Source of the DNA: an uncultured Chloroflexia bacterium
Lineage (GTDB): Bacteria; Chloroflexota; Limnocylindria; Limnocylindrales; CSP1-4
Assembly (NCBI GenBank): GCA_963721015.1
Contig: CAVRHM010000002.1
Span: 973,324-1,037,323, forward strand
Reading direction: 5' to 3'
DNA: 64,000 nt
Below, piece by piece: positions 27,126 through 37,466 of this stretch. A program made the position numbers and the translations under genes. Each line of letters begins with the position of its first letter. Position 1 is the stretch's first letter. The notes below the pieces were generated by a model. The model had not been told where the DNA came from. It did no database searches and saw only the letters and a list, made by a program, of their open reading frames with translations.

Positions 27126-27258
27126 CGCTGCCTCCTCTGCGCGGATCCGATGCTCCCGCCGAGACCGATGCTAGCCGGTTGCGCGGCAGGAGTAGCGTGT
27201 GGACCGCGCGAGGCATCCGCCCAGTCAAGACGCCCGCGCGGTGGAGGAGCGTCGCCCC

Positions 27259-28191
27259 ATGTCCGAGCCCGTGGATCCGTCCCTACCCCCGGTCGATCCT
27301 GCCCCCGTCCCACCCGCGTCACCCGAGGTCCCGGACGACGCTTCGCCGGCCGCCGGCGCCCCCGCGGCTGCCGCGGCCGCCTTCACGCCGCCAGCGCTGT
27401 CCGCCTTCGACCTCGCCAGTCGGACCGTGCTCGGTGGCGCGGCGCTTGCCATCGTCGCCGCCCTCCTCGGCGTCATCCTCGAGGCCTGGGAGTTCCAGCC
27501 GTTCGCCCTGGCCATCATCGTCCTGGCCATCATCGCGGCCGGCGCCGCCTACAGCCTCCAGGCGCTGAGCGTCAGTGACGCCGTCAAGCCCTGGCAGCCG
27601 GTCGTGCTGGCCGCGGCCGGCGCCACGGCCACGGCCATCAGCGCATTGGCCGTCGTCGAGATGATCGGCGACCTCGACGACCTGGAGGCATACGGCGGCT
27701 TCGTCGGGTTCATCCTGGGCATCCTCGTCCTGGCTGGTTCGATCGCGATCCTGCAGGGCGGCATCCGCGGCACCTTGCCGAACCTTCGCGGAGCGGAGCG
27801 CGGGGCCCAGCTCGCCGGCATCGGGATCGCCCTCGTCCTGCTGGCCTGGGTCCTGCACCTGACCATCGGCTTCTGGGCTTTCGCGCCGGCCGTCTGGGGG
27901 ATCCTGGCCATCGTCCTGGCGGCCACCCTGGTCCTGTTCGGCAGTACGGAGGAGCACCTCCCGGACTGGGTCGGCTGGGTCGCCGTCGTCCTGGGCCTGT
28001 TCGCCGCGTGGACGGCGCTCGGGCAGTGGGGGTCGCTCATGGAGCTCGGCGCGACCGAAGTCGAGCTCGGGATCGACGACATCGTGCCGTTCCTCATCTA
28101 CGTCGCCGGGATCATCCTGGTCATCGCCGGTGGGGCGCTGCACGCGATGGGCGGAAAGCTCGCCATCCCATCCAGGACCACGACGCCCTAG
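27259..28191 (+). CDS. polytopic membrane protein (hypothetical)
   Basis: Start at MSEPVDPSL. At least 8 hydrophobic segments after a Pro/Ala-rich N-terminus. Confidence 0.55.
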   Translation: MSEPVDPSLPPVDPAPVPPASPEVPDDASPAAGAPAAAAAAFTPPALSAFDLASRTVLGGAALAIVAALLGVILEAWEFQPFALAIIVLAIIAAGAAYSLQALSVSDAVKPWQPVVLAAAGATATAISALAVVEMIGDLDDLEAYGGFVGFILGILVLAGSIAILQGGIRGTLPNLRGAERGAQLAGIGIALVLLAWVLHLTIGFWAFAPAVWGILAIVLAATLVLFGSTEEHLPDWVGWVAVVLGLFAAWTALGQWGSLMELGATEVELGIDDIVPFLIYVAGIILVIAGGALHAMGGKLAIPSRTTTP

Positions 28192-28194
28192 CCG

Positions 28195-29298
28195 CTAGGC
28201 GACCGCGCGCTCCTTCATCGGCACACCGGAGCCGCCGTAGCGTTCGGCGACGACCTCGGCGAGGATCGCCAGGGCGGTCTCCGGCGGCTGCCGGCCGCCC
28301 AGGTCCAGGCCGACCGGGCCGCGGAGCCGGGCCAGCTCGTCCGGCGTCACGCCGGCCTCGAGCAGGCGCTGCCGGCGGTCGCCCTGAGTCTTCTTCGAAC
28401 CCACGGCGCCGACATAGCGGCAACCGCGCCGCAGGGCCTCGACGATCGCGGGCTCGTCGAACTTCACGTCGTGGGTCAGGACGGCGACGGCGTCGTTCGG
28501 GCCCAGCCCGATCTCGTCCGCGACCTCGTCCGGCCAGCCGACGACGAGGCGATCGACGTCGGGGAACCGCTCCGGCGTCGCGAACGACGCCCGGCCATCG
28601 ATGACGACGGTCTCGAAGCCGAGCTCGCGCGCCAGGCGGACGAGGGACCGGGCGACTTCGACCGCGCCGACGACGACGAGCCGCGGCCGGACGGGAAAGG
28701 CCTCGATGAACAGCGACCGGCCACCCAGCTCGACCGTCCGCGACTGCCCGCGCTTGAGGGCCTCCCGGGCCTGCGTGACGAGCTGCGCGTCCAGCGTGCC
28801 GTCGCCGAGGGTGCCCTCCAGCGTCCCGTCGTCGCGGACGATCAGCTCGGGCTCCGGTGGCGCGCCGTCGCCCGGGGTGTGCTGGCCGAAGTCGGCCGGC
28901 GGCGAGTCAACGGGGAGTGGCGTCACGACGGCCACGCCCTGCCCGCCCGCCCCGACCGACGCCCGCGCGGCGTCGACGGCGACGACCGGCACGGCCGGCT
29001 CGACCAGCACGTCGATCGTGCCACCGCAGGCCAGGCCGACATCCCAGGCCTGCTCGTCGCTGATGCCGTAGCGGATGACCCGGGCGTGGCCGGTAGCCCG
29101 GGCGCGCTGGATCTCCTCGGCCGCCGCGCCCTCGACGCAGCCGCCGCTGACCGACCCGGCGATCCGGCCGTCGGCCGCATAGAGCAGGACCGCGCCCTCC
29201 GGCCGTGGGGCCGACCCGAACGTGCGGACCACGACGGCACGCCCGACCTCGGTCCCCTCCCCCTGCCAGGTGCTGAGCGTCTCGAGCAGCTCCTTCAT
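28195..29298 (-). CDS. XdhC/CoxI(CoxF) family molybdenum hydroxylase accessory protein
   Basis: Motifs: GSVSGGCVEGA and RLVVVGAVEVARSLVRLARELGFETVVIDGR. Confidence 0.8.
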   Translation of the reverse strand: MKELLETLSTWQGEGTEVGRAVVVRTFGSAPRPEGAVLLYAADGRIAGSVSGGCVEGAAAEEIQRARATGHARVIRYGISDEQAWDVGLACGGTIDVLVEPAVPVVAVDAARASVGAGGQGVAVVTPLPVDSPPADFGQHTPGDGAPPEPELIVRDDGTLEGTLGDGTLDAQLVTQAREALKRGQSRTVELGGRSLFIEAFPVRPRLVVVGAVEVARSLVRLARELGFETVVIDGRASFATPERFPDVDRLVVGWPDEVADEIGLGPNDAVAVLTHDVKFDEPAIVEALRRGCRYVGAVGSKKTQGDRRQRLLEAGVTPDELARLRGPVGLDLGGRQPPETALAILAEVVAERYGGSGVPMKERAVA

Positions 29299-29310
29299 CG
29301 CTCCGGTCCT

Positions 29311-30714
29311 TCAGCGCAGGGGCTGCGCGGCGTCGGGCGTGTCGGACGGGCCGGCCACGGCGGCTGGCAGCGGCACGTTGGCGAGGTCCACCGAAGGCGG
29401 TGCCGGGATCGCGGCATGGGCCGCGGCCTCCGAGCCGCGCCGGATGTCCGCCGAGCGGACGCCACCCAGGATCTCGCCGAGCCGCTCCAACGACGCGACG
29501 GTCCCGGCCGGCAGGAAATCGTCGATGTACGGGAACGCGGCGCGCATCCCACCGGCCAGCGGCTGGTAGCCGGGCGTGCCCGCCAGCGGATTGAGCCAGA
29601 CGAGCCGGTGGCAGTTCCGGCGCAGGCGTGCCGTCTCGGCCGCCACGAGCGCCGGGTCCCCGCGGTCCCAGCCATCGCTGACGACGATGACGACGCCACT
29701 CGTGCGCAGCGTCCGCCGGGCCCAGGTCTGGTTGAAGACGCGGAAGCTCTCGCCGATCCGCGTCCCGCCGGCCCAGTCGTTGACCGTGTCGGCCACGCGG
29801 GCCAGGGCCCGGTCGCGATCGCGGTCCTTGAGCAGTCGGGTCACCCGGGTCAGGCGCGTCCCGAACACGAACGACTCGACGCGGACCTCGCTGGCCGAGG
29901 TCAAGGCCTGGACGAACCGGAGCAGCAGCCGCGAGTGGCGCTCCATCGAGCCCGAGATATCGCAGATGACGACGAGCGAGCGCGGCTCCTTGATGGGGCG
30001 CCGCCAGACCCACGACATGAGCTGACCGCCGGTCCCGAGATTGCGCCGGAACATCGCCCGGGGCGCCAGGCGGCGGCCGTGCGAATGGAGCTCGTAGCGA
30101 CGCGTCCGGCGTTGCTCGAGGCGCGGGATGAGCTCGTCGACGAGGCGCTCGGCGTCGCGCAGCTCGGCCGGGGTCATCCGGTCGAACTCCCGGTGGCGGA
30201 GCAGCTCACCGCGCGAGTAGGCGTCGGGCGCGACGATGACGCCCTCGATCTCCTCGTCGTCGACCGCGTCATCGTCACCGGCGGACGGCATCGGCACGCC
30301 CTGCTGGTCCGAGTCCTGCTCGGCGCGCTGGTCGCCGGGCATCGGCTGGGTCTGGCCGGCGGCCTCCTCGCCCTCCATCCCTTGCTCGGCCGGGCGCTGG
30401 AGCGGCGGGGCCCCGAAGTCGCCCTGGCGGCGGGTCCGCTGCCGCCACCACCGGTCGAACACCGCGTCGTAGGTCGGCCGGTCGTCGCGGCGCCGGACGA
30501 AGATGGCCTCGCCGGCGGCCCGGACCTGCTCGCGCTCGCCCATGTCCACGAGGGGCAAGGCCCGGGCATAGTCGACCGCGGCGCCCAGGTCGACGTGGAG
30601 GCCGGCGGCCCGCAGCGCTCGCCCGAACCCGACCGCCTCGTGGAGCAGCCGCCGCCCGTCGACCTCGGGGCCCCACGGGGCCCGAACGACAGCGGGATCG
30701 TCAGCGAGCGGCAT
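29311..30714 (-). CDS. coxE: CoxE-type VWA domain protein
   Basis: VWA_CoxE: LVVICDISGSMERHSRLLL...GGTRIGESF...VVIVSDGWDRGD. Confidence 0.8.
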   Translation of the reverse strand: MPLADDPAVVRAPWGPEVDGRRLLHEAVGFGRALRAAGLHVDLGAAVDYARALPLVDMGEREQVRAAGEAIFVRRRDDRPTYDAVFDRWWRQRTRRQGDFGAPPLQRPAEQGMEGEEAAGQTQPMPGDQRAEQDSDQQGVPMPSAGDDDAVDDEEIEGVIVAPDAYSRGELLRHREFDRMTPAELRDAERLVDELIPRLEQRRTRRYELHSHGRRLAPRAMFRRNLGTGGQLMSWVWRRPIKEPRSLVVICDISGSMERHSRLLLRFVQALTSASEVRVESFVFGTRLTRVTRLLKDRDRDRALARVADTVNDWAGGTRIGESFRVFNQTWARRTLRTSGVVIVVSDGWDRGDPALVAAETARLRRNCHRLVWLNPLAGTPGYQPLAGGMRAAFPYIDDFLPAGTVASLERLGEILGGVRSADIRRGSEAAAHAAIPAPPSVDLANVPLPAAVAGPSDTPDAAQPLR

Positions 30715-30746
30715 ATACGGACTGTGCCACGACTCCCGGCCGAGCG

Positions 30747-32946
30747 TCAGCCGGGCGCCGTGGGCTTCGGGATCGGTGGCGTCGTCCCGTCCGGCCCGGC
30801 ACGACCCGCGACCCGCGGCGCCGGCCCGTGGACGACCTCGAAGCCGCTCGTGTTGTCGGACACGTCGATCTGCCCGTCGCGCAACGACAGGGACAGCGCC
30901 CCGCGCCCGACGCGCATGTCATGGATGGCCAGCTCGGGCAACCACGCCGGGAGCGCCGGATCCACGTACAGGCGGCCACCATCCGGCCCGGCGGCGGCAT
31001 GGATGCCGGCCATGACGGCCACGAACCGGAGGATGGCGCTCGCCGCCCACGCCTGGGGCACGTTCGCGCCGAGGTACTGGACCGGGAAGCTGGCCTCGTG
31101 GCGCGGCAGCCCCGAGAACAGCTCAGGCAGGCGGTTGACGACGAGCCGTTCGGCCGCGTCGAACATCCCACGAGCGACGGTCGCCGCCTCGGCGTCGAAG
31201 CCGTAGCGCCGGAAGCCGCCGGCGATGATCGCGTTGTCGTGCGGCCAGACCGTGCCGGTGTGGTAGCTGAACGGGTTGTACGCGAGGTGGTCCGATGAGA
31301 GCGTCCGCACGCCCCAGCCGGACCACATGTCCGGCGCCATCAGCCGCTGCACGACCCGCCCGGCACGCTCCGGCGGGACGATGCCGGACTGGAGGAGGTG
31401 CCCGGCGTTGGAGGCCACCGAGCGGATGGGCTGCTTGGCGCCGTCGAGCCCGAGGACGTAGGTGCCCTCCGACTCCCACCAGAACGCCTCGTTGAACCGA
31501 TCGAACAGCTCGACCGCCTCGCTGCGCAGCCGCTTGGCCTCCCGACGCCGGCCCAGCAGCGTGTACAGGTCGGCCATCCGCAGCTTGGCGTCGTAGACGT
31601 AGCCCTGCAGCTCGCACAGCGCCAGCGGCAACGGCGCGAGGGTCCCGTCCTCGGCCGGGATGGCGTCGCCCGCGTCCTTCCAGCCCTGGTTGTAGTAGCC
31701 GTGGGTCGAGCGGGTCGCGTACTCCTGGAATCCGTCGCGGTCGCGGTCCCCGTAGCGGTCGATCCAGCGCATCGCCGCTTCCGCCGCCGGGAGATAGCGC
31801 TCGACGACGGCCGGGTCGCCCAGCCAGTGATACAGGTACGAGAGCACGACGATGTACAGGGTCGTCGCGTCATGCGTGCCGTAGTACGGGGCGTACGGGA
31901 GGATCCCCAGCTGGGCCAGCTCGCCGTGCCGGATCTCGTGGGGGATCTTGCCCGGTTCCATGTCCCGCTCGGGGTCGGAGCTCGTCGCCTGGAGGGCGGC
32001 CAGACGGCGCAGCGCGCCAGCGGCGAACTCCGGATAGCCGCCGATGGCCTGCATCGACACGACGAGGGTGTCACGGCCGAACAGGGTCATGAACCACGGG
32101 ACCCCCGCCGCCGGGATGACGATCCCGCGCTCGAAGGTCGGATCCTCGAGCCGAAGGGCTTCGAGGTCGGCGACCGCCGTGTCCCAGGCGCGCCGCACGT
32201 TCTCGTTGCTGGTCTCGACGCGGACCGCGGGCAGCCGGGCGACACCGGCCGCCGCGGGCGGGACCTCCACCCGATTGCAATCGAGCGTCGCCGGCCGGCG
32301 CGGCCCCGCATGAGCGGTGATGGGCAGCCACTTCAGGCAGGTGTGCCAGGTGCCCTTGGGCTCCAGGTCGGCGACGAAGACCAGGCCGCCGTTGGCGTAC
32401 TGGGGCGGGCTGGTGGGGCGCTTGACCTCGACGATGAGCTCGCGCCGGAAGTCGCGGTTCACGTAGGTCGTGCGCAGCTCGGCCCGCGAGCGGTACCAGC
32501 GCGTGTTGAGCACGCCACGCCGGACGAGGGCGTCCTTCTTGACGTCGAAGATGTCCGCGAAGTCCGAGTCGATGACCACCTCGATCGTCAGCCGCACCGG
32601 TCGACGGGCGTAGTTGACGATGTCGATGTCCTCGTGGACGCCGCCCGCGACGGTCCGATCCAGGCGGATGCTCAGGCACTGGCGCTCGATCGGCCCGGCC
32701 TCGTCGAGGATCAGGTCGTTGGTGAACTCGTAGCGCGACGAGAAGAACCGGATCGGGGCCGAGTCGAGCAGGACCGGGCGTCGCCCATTGATGGTCAGGT
32801 CCCAGCCGGAGATGAGGCGTGTGTCCCGCGCGAAGAACCCGTCATCCGGGCCGCCGAGGATCCGCCCATCGGGCTGGCTGATGACGACCCGGTCGTCCCG
32901 ATTGATCGTGATGGTCGCCGGCCCGACCTGGACGGGGGCGGTCATG
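30747..32946 (-). CDS. glycogen-debranching-enzyme-like protein (GDE N-terminal + amylo-alpha-1,6-glucosidase six-hairpin domain)
   Basis: Motifs: VPWFMTLFGRDTLVVSMQ, GKIPHEIRHGELAQLG, YYGTHDATTLYIVVLSYLYHWLGD, GYYNQGWKD, WPHDNAIIAGGFRRYG. Start chosen at MTAPVQVGP (~32946); track ORF extends to 33050. Sits between coxD and coxE. Confidence 0.7.
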
Positions 32947-33000
32947 TCCAGACTGTGCCACGACGCCGGGCCCGCCGTGCGGCGCGGCGGGGTCGGGGCG

Positions 33001-33945
33001 TCAGCCTCGCGCCGCGACCTCGGTGAGGATCCGCTTGGTCTGCTCGCCACGGAGCTGGCGGATGTCCTCCTCGTACTTGAGCACGACGCCCAGGGTCTCG
33101 TCGACGAGCTCCGGCGTCAGCTCCCGCGCCCCGAGGGACATGAGCGCGGCGGCCCAGTCGAGCGTCTCGGCGATGCCGGGCACCTTGGTCAGGTCCGCCT
33201 CGCGCAGGCGATGGACGAAGCCGACGACCTCGCGGGCGAGCTGCTCTGGCGCCGCCGGGACGCGTGCGAGCACGATCTCGTATTCCTTCTGGGCCGTCGG
33301 GTAGTCGATCCAGTGGTACAGGCAGCGTCGCTTGAGCGCGTCGTGGACCTCACGCGTGCGGTTCGAGGTCAGGATGACTCGCGGCGGCAACTCGGCCTTG
33401 ATCGTGCCGATCTCGGGGACCGTGACCTGGAAGTCGGACAGGATCTCGAGGAGGTAGGCCTCGAACTCCTCGTCGGCGCGGTCGATCTCATCGATCAGCA
33501 GGACCGGCGCGACCCCGTCGTGGACCTCCAGGGCCTGGAGGAGCGGGCGGCGGATGAGGAAGTCACTGCCGAAGATGTCGTGAGCGCTCGCATGCTGGGC
33601 CTCGCCGCGCGCCTCGAGGAGCCGGATCTCGAGCATCTGGCGCGGGTAGTTCCATTCGTAGACGGCCGTGTTGACGTCCAGGCCCTCGTAGCACTGGAGG
33701 CGGATGAGCCGCGCGCCCAGACTCTCGGCGAGGACCTTGGCCAGCTCCGTCTTGCCGACGCCGGCCTCGCCCTCCAGGAGCAGCGGCCGGCCGAGCTCAA
33801 GGGCCAGGAAGACGGCCGTCGACAGCGAGCGATCCATGATGTAGTCGCGGCCGTGGAAGTCCTCGGTCAGGGCTTCGATGGAACGGGTGCCCGCCGGACG
33901 GTCGTCACGGGCCGGGGCGGTCGGGCGGTCTTGGCGAACGGTCAT
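33001..33945 (-). CDS. coxD: CoxD-type MoxR-family AAA+ ATPase
   Basis: Walker A GEAGVGKTELAKVLA, Walker B VLLIDEIDRADEE, sensor ILTSNRTRE. Start at MTVRQDR. Confidence 0.8.
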   Translation of the reverse strand: MTVRQDRPTAPARDDRPAGTRSIEALTEDFHGRDYIMDRSLSTAVFLALELGRPLLLEGEAGVGKTELAKVLAESLGARLIRLQCYEGLDVNTAVYEWNYPRQMLEIRLLEARGEAQHASAHDIFGSDFLIRRPLLQALEVHDGVAPVLLIDEIDRADEEFEAYLLEILSDFQVTVPEIGTIKAELPPRVILTSNRTREVHDALKRRCLYHWIDYPTAQKEYEIVLARVPAAPEQLAREVVGFVHRLREADLTKVPGIAETLDWAAALMSLGARELTPELVDETLGVVLKYEEDIRQLRGEQTKRILTEVAARG

Positions 33946-34098
33946 GGGCGGAGGGTACACGGACCGACGAACCGACGACGACCGACCCACCGGGCGCGTC
34001 GCGGGCGCGCGACACACGCGACACGCGACACCGCGCGCGTACCATCCGGGCCATCAGGCCGCCGGGACCGCCTCGCCATGCGCGATGGAGGCACGTCC

Positions 34099-34977
34099 AT
34101 GCGTTCGCGATCCGTTGGACCCGGAGCGATCCTGATGATCGTGGCGGTCGCTGCCTGCGCCGGGCCCGGCGGGGGCACCGCGGCCACACCCGCTCCACCG
34201 GCCCCGCAGGCGTCCGTCGTGCCGTCCGTCGCGGCCTCACCGTCCGTCGCCGGCTCGCCGGCCGCGGACCCGCTGGCCGCTCCGACCATCGACGGCTCGT
34301 TCGCCGTCGCGGACGGACGCACGCTGGCGCTCCGCTGCTGGGGCGAAGGCGATCCGACCATCGTCCTCGTCGGCGGACACCCATCCTCCGGGATCGCGGA
34401 CTTCGAGGTGTCCCCCGGCTTCCTCCGGCCCCTCGCCGAGCAGACGCGAACGTGCGCCTATGCACGCTCAGGCTACGCGGGCAGCGACCCGCCCCCGAAC
34501 GAGCCGCGCGACGCGGACGACGTCATCGGTGACCTGCATGACCTGCTCGGGTCGGCCGGCATCGATGGGCCGGTCGTCCTCGCCGGGGCTTCGTTCGGCG
34601 GCTTCATCGTCGCCTACTACGCGGCCCGCCACCCCGAAGACGTGAGCGCCGTCGTCATGCTCGATGCGCCGGTGCCCAGCGCGACCCTCAGCCTCGACGA
34701 GATCCCCGAGATCGCCTGGGACCATCCCGAGAATCCCGAGCGGACTGACACCATCGCCGAGTTCGAGCATCGCTTCGCGCGCGAACGCCTGCCGATCGAA
34801 GCGCCGCTGCGGATCGTGACGGCCACCCGCGGGTTCGACACCGAGGAGCAGGATCTCTGGCTGGACATCAGCCCATCAGCTGACCAGGTCCGGCTTCAGG
34901 GAGGACATGACATCCACGTCGATGACCCGGCCGGCTCGGCCGCCGAGATCCTCGAGATGGTCGACGCCGCGACCTGA
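34099..34977 (+). CDS. alpha/beta-hydrolase lipoprotein
   Basis: Signal/lipobox MRSRSVGPGAILMIVAVAAC. Nucleophile elbow GASFGG. Confidence 0.7.
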   Translation: MRSRSVGPGAILMIVAVAACAGPGGGTAATPAPPAPQASVVPSVAASPSVAGSPAADPLAAPTIDGSFAVADGRTLALRCWGEGDPTIVLVGGHPSSGIADFEVSPGFLRPLAEQTRTCAYARSGYAGSDPPPNEPRDADDVIGDLHDLLGSAGIDGPVVLAGASFGGFIVAYYAARHPEDVSAVVMLDAPVPSATLSLDEIPEIAWDHPENPERTDTIAEFEHRFARERLPIEAPLRIVTATRGFDTEEQDLWLDISPSADQVRLQGGHDIHVDDPAGSAAEILEMVDAAT

Positions 34978-34978
34978 C

Positions 34979-35494
34979 CTAGCCGACCTCGATCGCGACC
35001 TCGACCGGGACGGCCCGCTTGACCGCGTCGCAGACCGGGCAGTGGTCGATGCCCCACCGGATGATCTCGTGCACCTGGTCGGGCGGCGCCGTCGAGGCCG
35101 CGACGCGGACGGCGACGCGCATCGACAGCGGACCCGCCGGTACGGCCGCGTCGAGACCCAGCATCCCGGCGTCGTCGGACTCGCTGTCGACGGCGACCTC
35201 GAGGCCATCGAGCCGCACCCCGAGCTCCGCCGCCCGCATGGCGATGAGCGTGGCGATGCACGAGGCGTTCGCGGCGCGCATGAGCCAGCCCGGCGACGGG
35301 GCGGACGCGCCGCCGCCGATGCCGGTGACCATGTCCGTCGCGATGGTCGTGCCGTCGGGCGCCGCGACCCGCATCCGGAGCCCGTCCTCGATGACCGCGG
35401 TCGCGGCGCCGTCGCGGTAGCGCGCCTCCGCCCGGTTCGCCGCCACCCAGGCCCGCGCGCCCGTGACCGCCGCCGCGATGTCCGTGTCAGCCAT
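34979..35494 (-). CDS. OsmC/Ohr family protein
   Basis: Start MADTDIAAAV with GGAGG upstream. Motifs: ASCIATLIAMRAAELGV and GIDHCPVCDAVKRAVP. Confidence 0.7.
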   Translation of the reverse strand: MADTDIAAAVTGARAWVAANRAEARYRDGAATAVIEDGLRMRVAAPDGTTIATDMVTGIGGGASAPSPGWLMRAANASCIATLIAMRAAELGVRLDGLEVAVDSESDDAGMLGLDAAVPAGPLSMRVAVRVAASTAPPDQVHEIIRWGIDHCPVCDAVKRAVPVEVAIEVG

Positions 35495-35547
35495 CACCGT
35501 CCCTCCCTTCTCGTCCGAACCGATCCGCCGCTGGCGGCCCGGCGATC

Positions 35548-36591
35548 TCAACCATCCGGGGCGTCCAGGTCCCGGGCGTATGGCGGGAACCGAAAGCGCT
35601 GCGAGCGGGTGAGGATCCCGCCGTGGCCGAGCTTGGCGACGGTCTTCTCCGAGGCCGGCTCCCCGGAGAGGAGTCGCGGCAGGAGCAGGTCGGCCGCCGT
35701 TGCCTTGGAGTACGCGCCACAGGTCGGCAGGCCCAGGATGGCGGTATGGCCGACTCGGGCGAGCCAGAGCATCGACCCAGGGTGCGAGGGCACGCCGCGC
35801 CGCACGACGCGTCCGCCGAGTGACTCGATGGCGACGTAGAACGGATCCTGTGGATCGGTCGACGCGGAGCCGGCGGTCAGGACGAGATCGCACAGGTCGG
35901 CGCCGCGGACGAACCGGCCGACCGCGGCCTCCACGGCGTCGACGTCGTCGTCGACGTAGACGATGTCCAGGATCGTCGACCCGAGACCCTCGACCTTGGC
36001 CCGGACGCTCGTCTCGAACCGCTCACGGGCTGTCGCCCGGACGGTCTCCTTGACGACGACCCCCACCCGGCGCGCGGTGAACGGCGCGACCCACACGATG
36101 GGCTGCGAGCCGAATGCCGCGATCCGGGCGCCAGCCTCGACGATCCCGGCATCGACGATATGCGGCGCGACCTTGACCGAGGCCACGAGATCGCCCGCCT
36201 CCACGATCTGGCCATCGAACACGGTGAACAGCTCCAGCGGGTCGAGTCGGTTGAGCCGCTCCAGGTCGGCCACGTTGACGTTGACGACGCCGGCCGCCGC
36301 CGCGACCAGGTCCAACCGGCTCTGGTTGGGGCCGCGGACCTCCAGTCCCGACCCGGCCACGGCCTGGGCGAGCCGGACCGCGGCGTCATCCTCGTGGAGC
36401 TCGCCCGGTTCGGCGATGAGGACGGTGACGGCCGGGCCCGGATCGGCCGTGCCGAGCGCGGTCAGATCGTCGGCCGAGAGCCGCCGACCCTTGCTCCAGC
36501 GGTGCCCGCGGACGTTCAGGTCGCGAGCCAGGACCGCCCCGACGAGGCGCGCCGGTGCGCGCCGACCCGGGATCACCCGATCGACGCGCAC
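35548..36591 (-). CDS. molybdopterin-binding (MoCF-biosynthesis/CinA-like domain) protein
   Basis: VLTAGSASTDPQDPF...GLPTCGAYSKATAADLLLPRLLSGEP resembles MogA/MoeA-type MPT-binding fold. Confidence 0.5.
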   Translation of the reverse strand: MRVDRVIPGRRAPARLVGAVLARDLNVRGHRWSKGRRLSADDLTALGTADPGPAVTVLIAEPGELHEDDAAVRLAQAVAGSGLEVRGPNQSRLDLVAAAAGVVNVNVADLERLNRLDPLELFTVFDGQIVEAGDLVASVKVAPHIVDAGIVEAGARIAAFGSQPIVWVAPFTARRVGVVVKETVRATARERFETSVRAKVEGLGSTILDIVYVDDDVDAVEAAVGRFVRGADLCDLVLTAGSASTDPQDPFYVAIESLGGRVVRRGVPSHPGSMLWLARVGHTAILGLPTCGAYSKATAADLLLPRLLSGEPASEKTVAKLGHGGILTRSQRFRFPPYARDLDAPDG

Positions 36592-36623
36592 CTCAGGACG
36601 CGATCCGTGGTGCGCCGGTCGCG

Positions 36624-37466
36624 CTAGCGGCCGAGCGCCGCCTCGATGGCGCGGCGGGTATAGACGACGGCCATCCGCGCGCGGTAGTCGCGACTGGCAT
36701 GGATGTCGCCGTTGACGGTCTGGCCGTCGGCGGCATGCTCGGCCGCGGCAGCCACCGCCGACACCGAGCCGTCACTGCCCACGAGTGCGGACTCGACGGC
36801 CTTGGCCCGATACGGCGTTTCGCCGACACCGGTCAAGGCGACCCGGGCGTGCGACACCGAGCCGCCGGACATCGCGACCACGGCCGCGACCCCGACGATG
36901 GCGTAGCCCGACGCCGGATTGCCCAGCTTCTGGTAGGAGCCGCCGGCCCCGTCCGGGAGCGGGCCGCGGACCAGCTTGATGAGGAGCTCGTCCGGTTCGA
37001 TGGCCGTCTGGAACGGGCCCTGGAAGAAGCCGTCCAGGGGCACGGTCCGTTCGCCCCGCTTGGAGCGGAGGACGGCCTTGTAGTCGAGGGCCAGGCCCAG
37101 GGCCGGGATGTCCGAGGCCGGATCGGCGTGACTGACCGAACCGCCGACCGTCCCACGATTGCGCACCTGGATGTCGCCGATCTCATTGACGCACTCTCGG
37201 GAGATGGCAAGCCCGGTCGACGCCAGGACGTCGGCGTAGGTCGCCAGCGCGCCGGTCTCGAATCCGCCGTCCGCGGTGGGCCCGAGCGCCCGGAGATCGT
37301 CCAGCCCGCCGATATCGATGAGCGTGGTCGGGTTCGCGAGCCGGAGCTTCATGAGCGGCAGGAGGCTCATCCCGCCGGCCAGGACCTTGGCGTCGCCGCC
37401 GGCGATGGCCGTCAGCGCGTCGTCGACCGACGACGCCCGCTGGTACGTGAACGGTGCCGGGATCAC
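36624..37466 (-). CDS. form II CODH-like medium FAD-binding subunit
   Basis: [18 protein letters not shown]...LAGGMSLLPLMKLRL...GTVGGSVSHADP. GTG start overlaps upstream TGA (GTGA). Track ORF upstream extension is junk. Confidence 0.8.
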   Translation of the reverse strand: MIPAPFTYQRASSVDDALTAIAGGDAKVLAGGMSLLPLMKLRLANPTTLIDIGGLDDLRALGPTADGGFETGALATYADVLASTGLAISRECVNEIGDIQVRNRGTVGGSVSHADPASDIPALGLALDYKAVLRSKRGERTVPLDGFFQGPFQTAIEPDELLIKLVRGPLPDGAGGSYQKLGNPASGYAIVGVAAVVAMSGGSVSHARVALTGVGETPYRAKAVESALVGSDGSVSAVAAAAEHAADGQTVNGDIHASRDYRARMAVVYTRRAIEAALGR

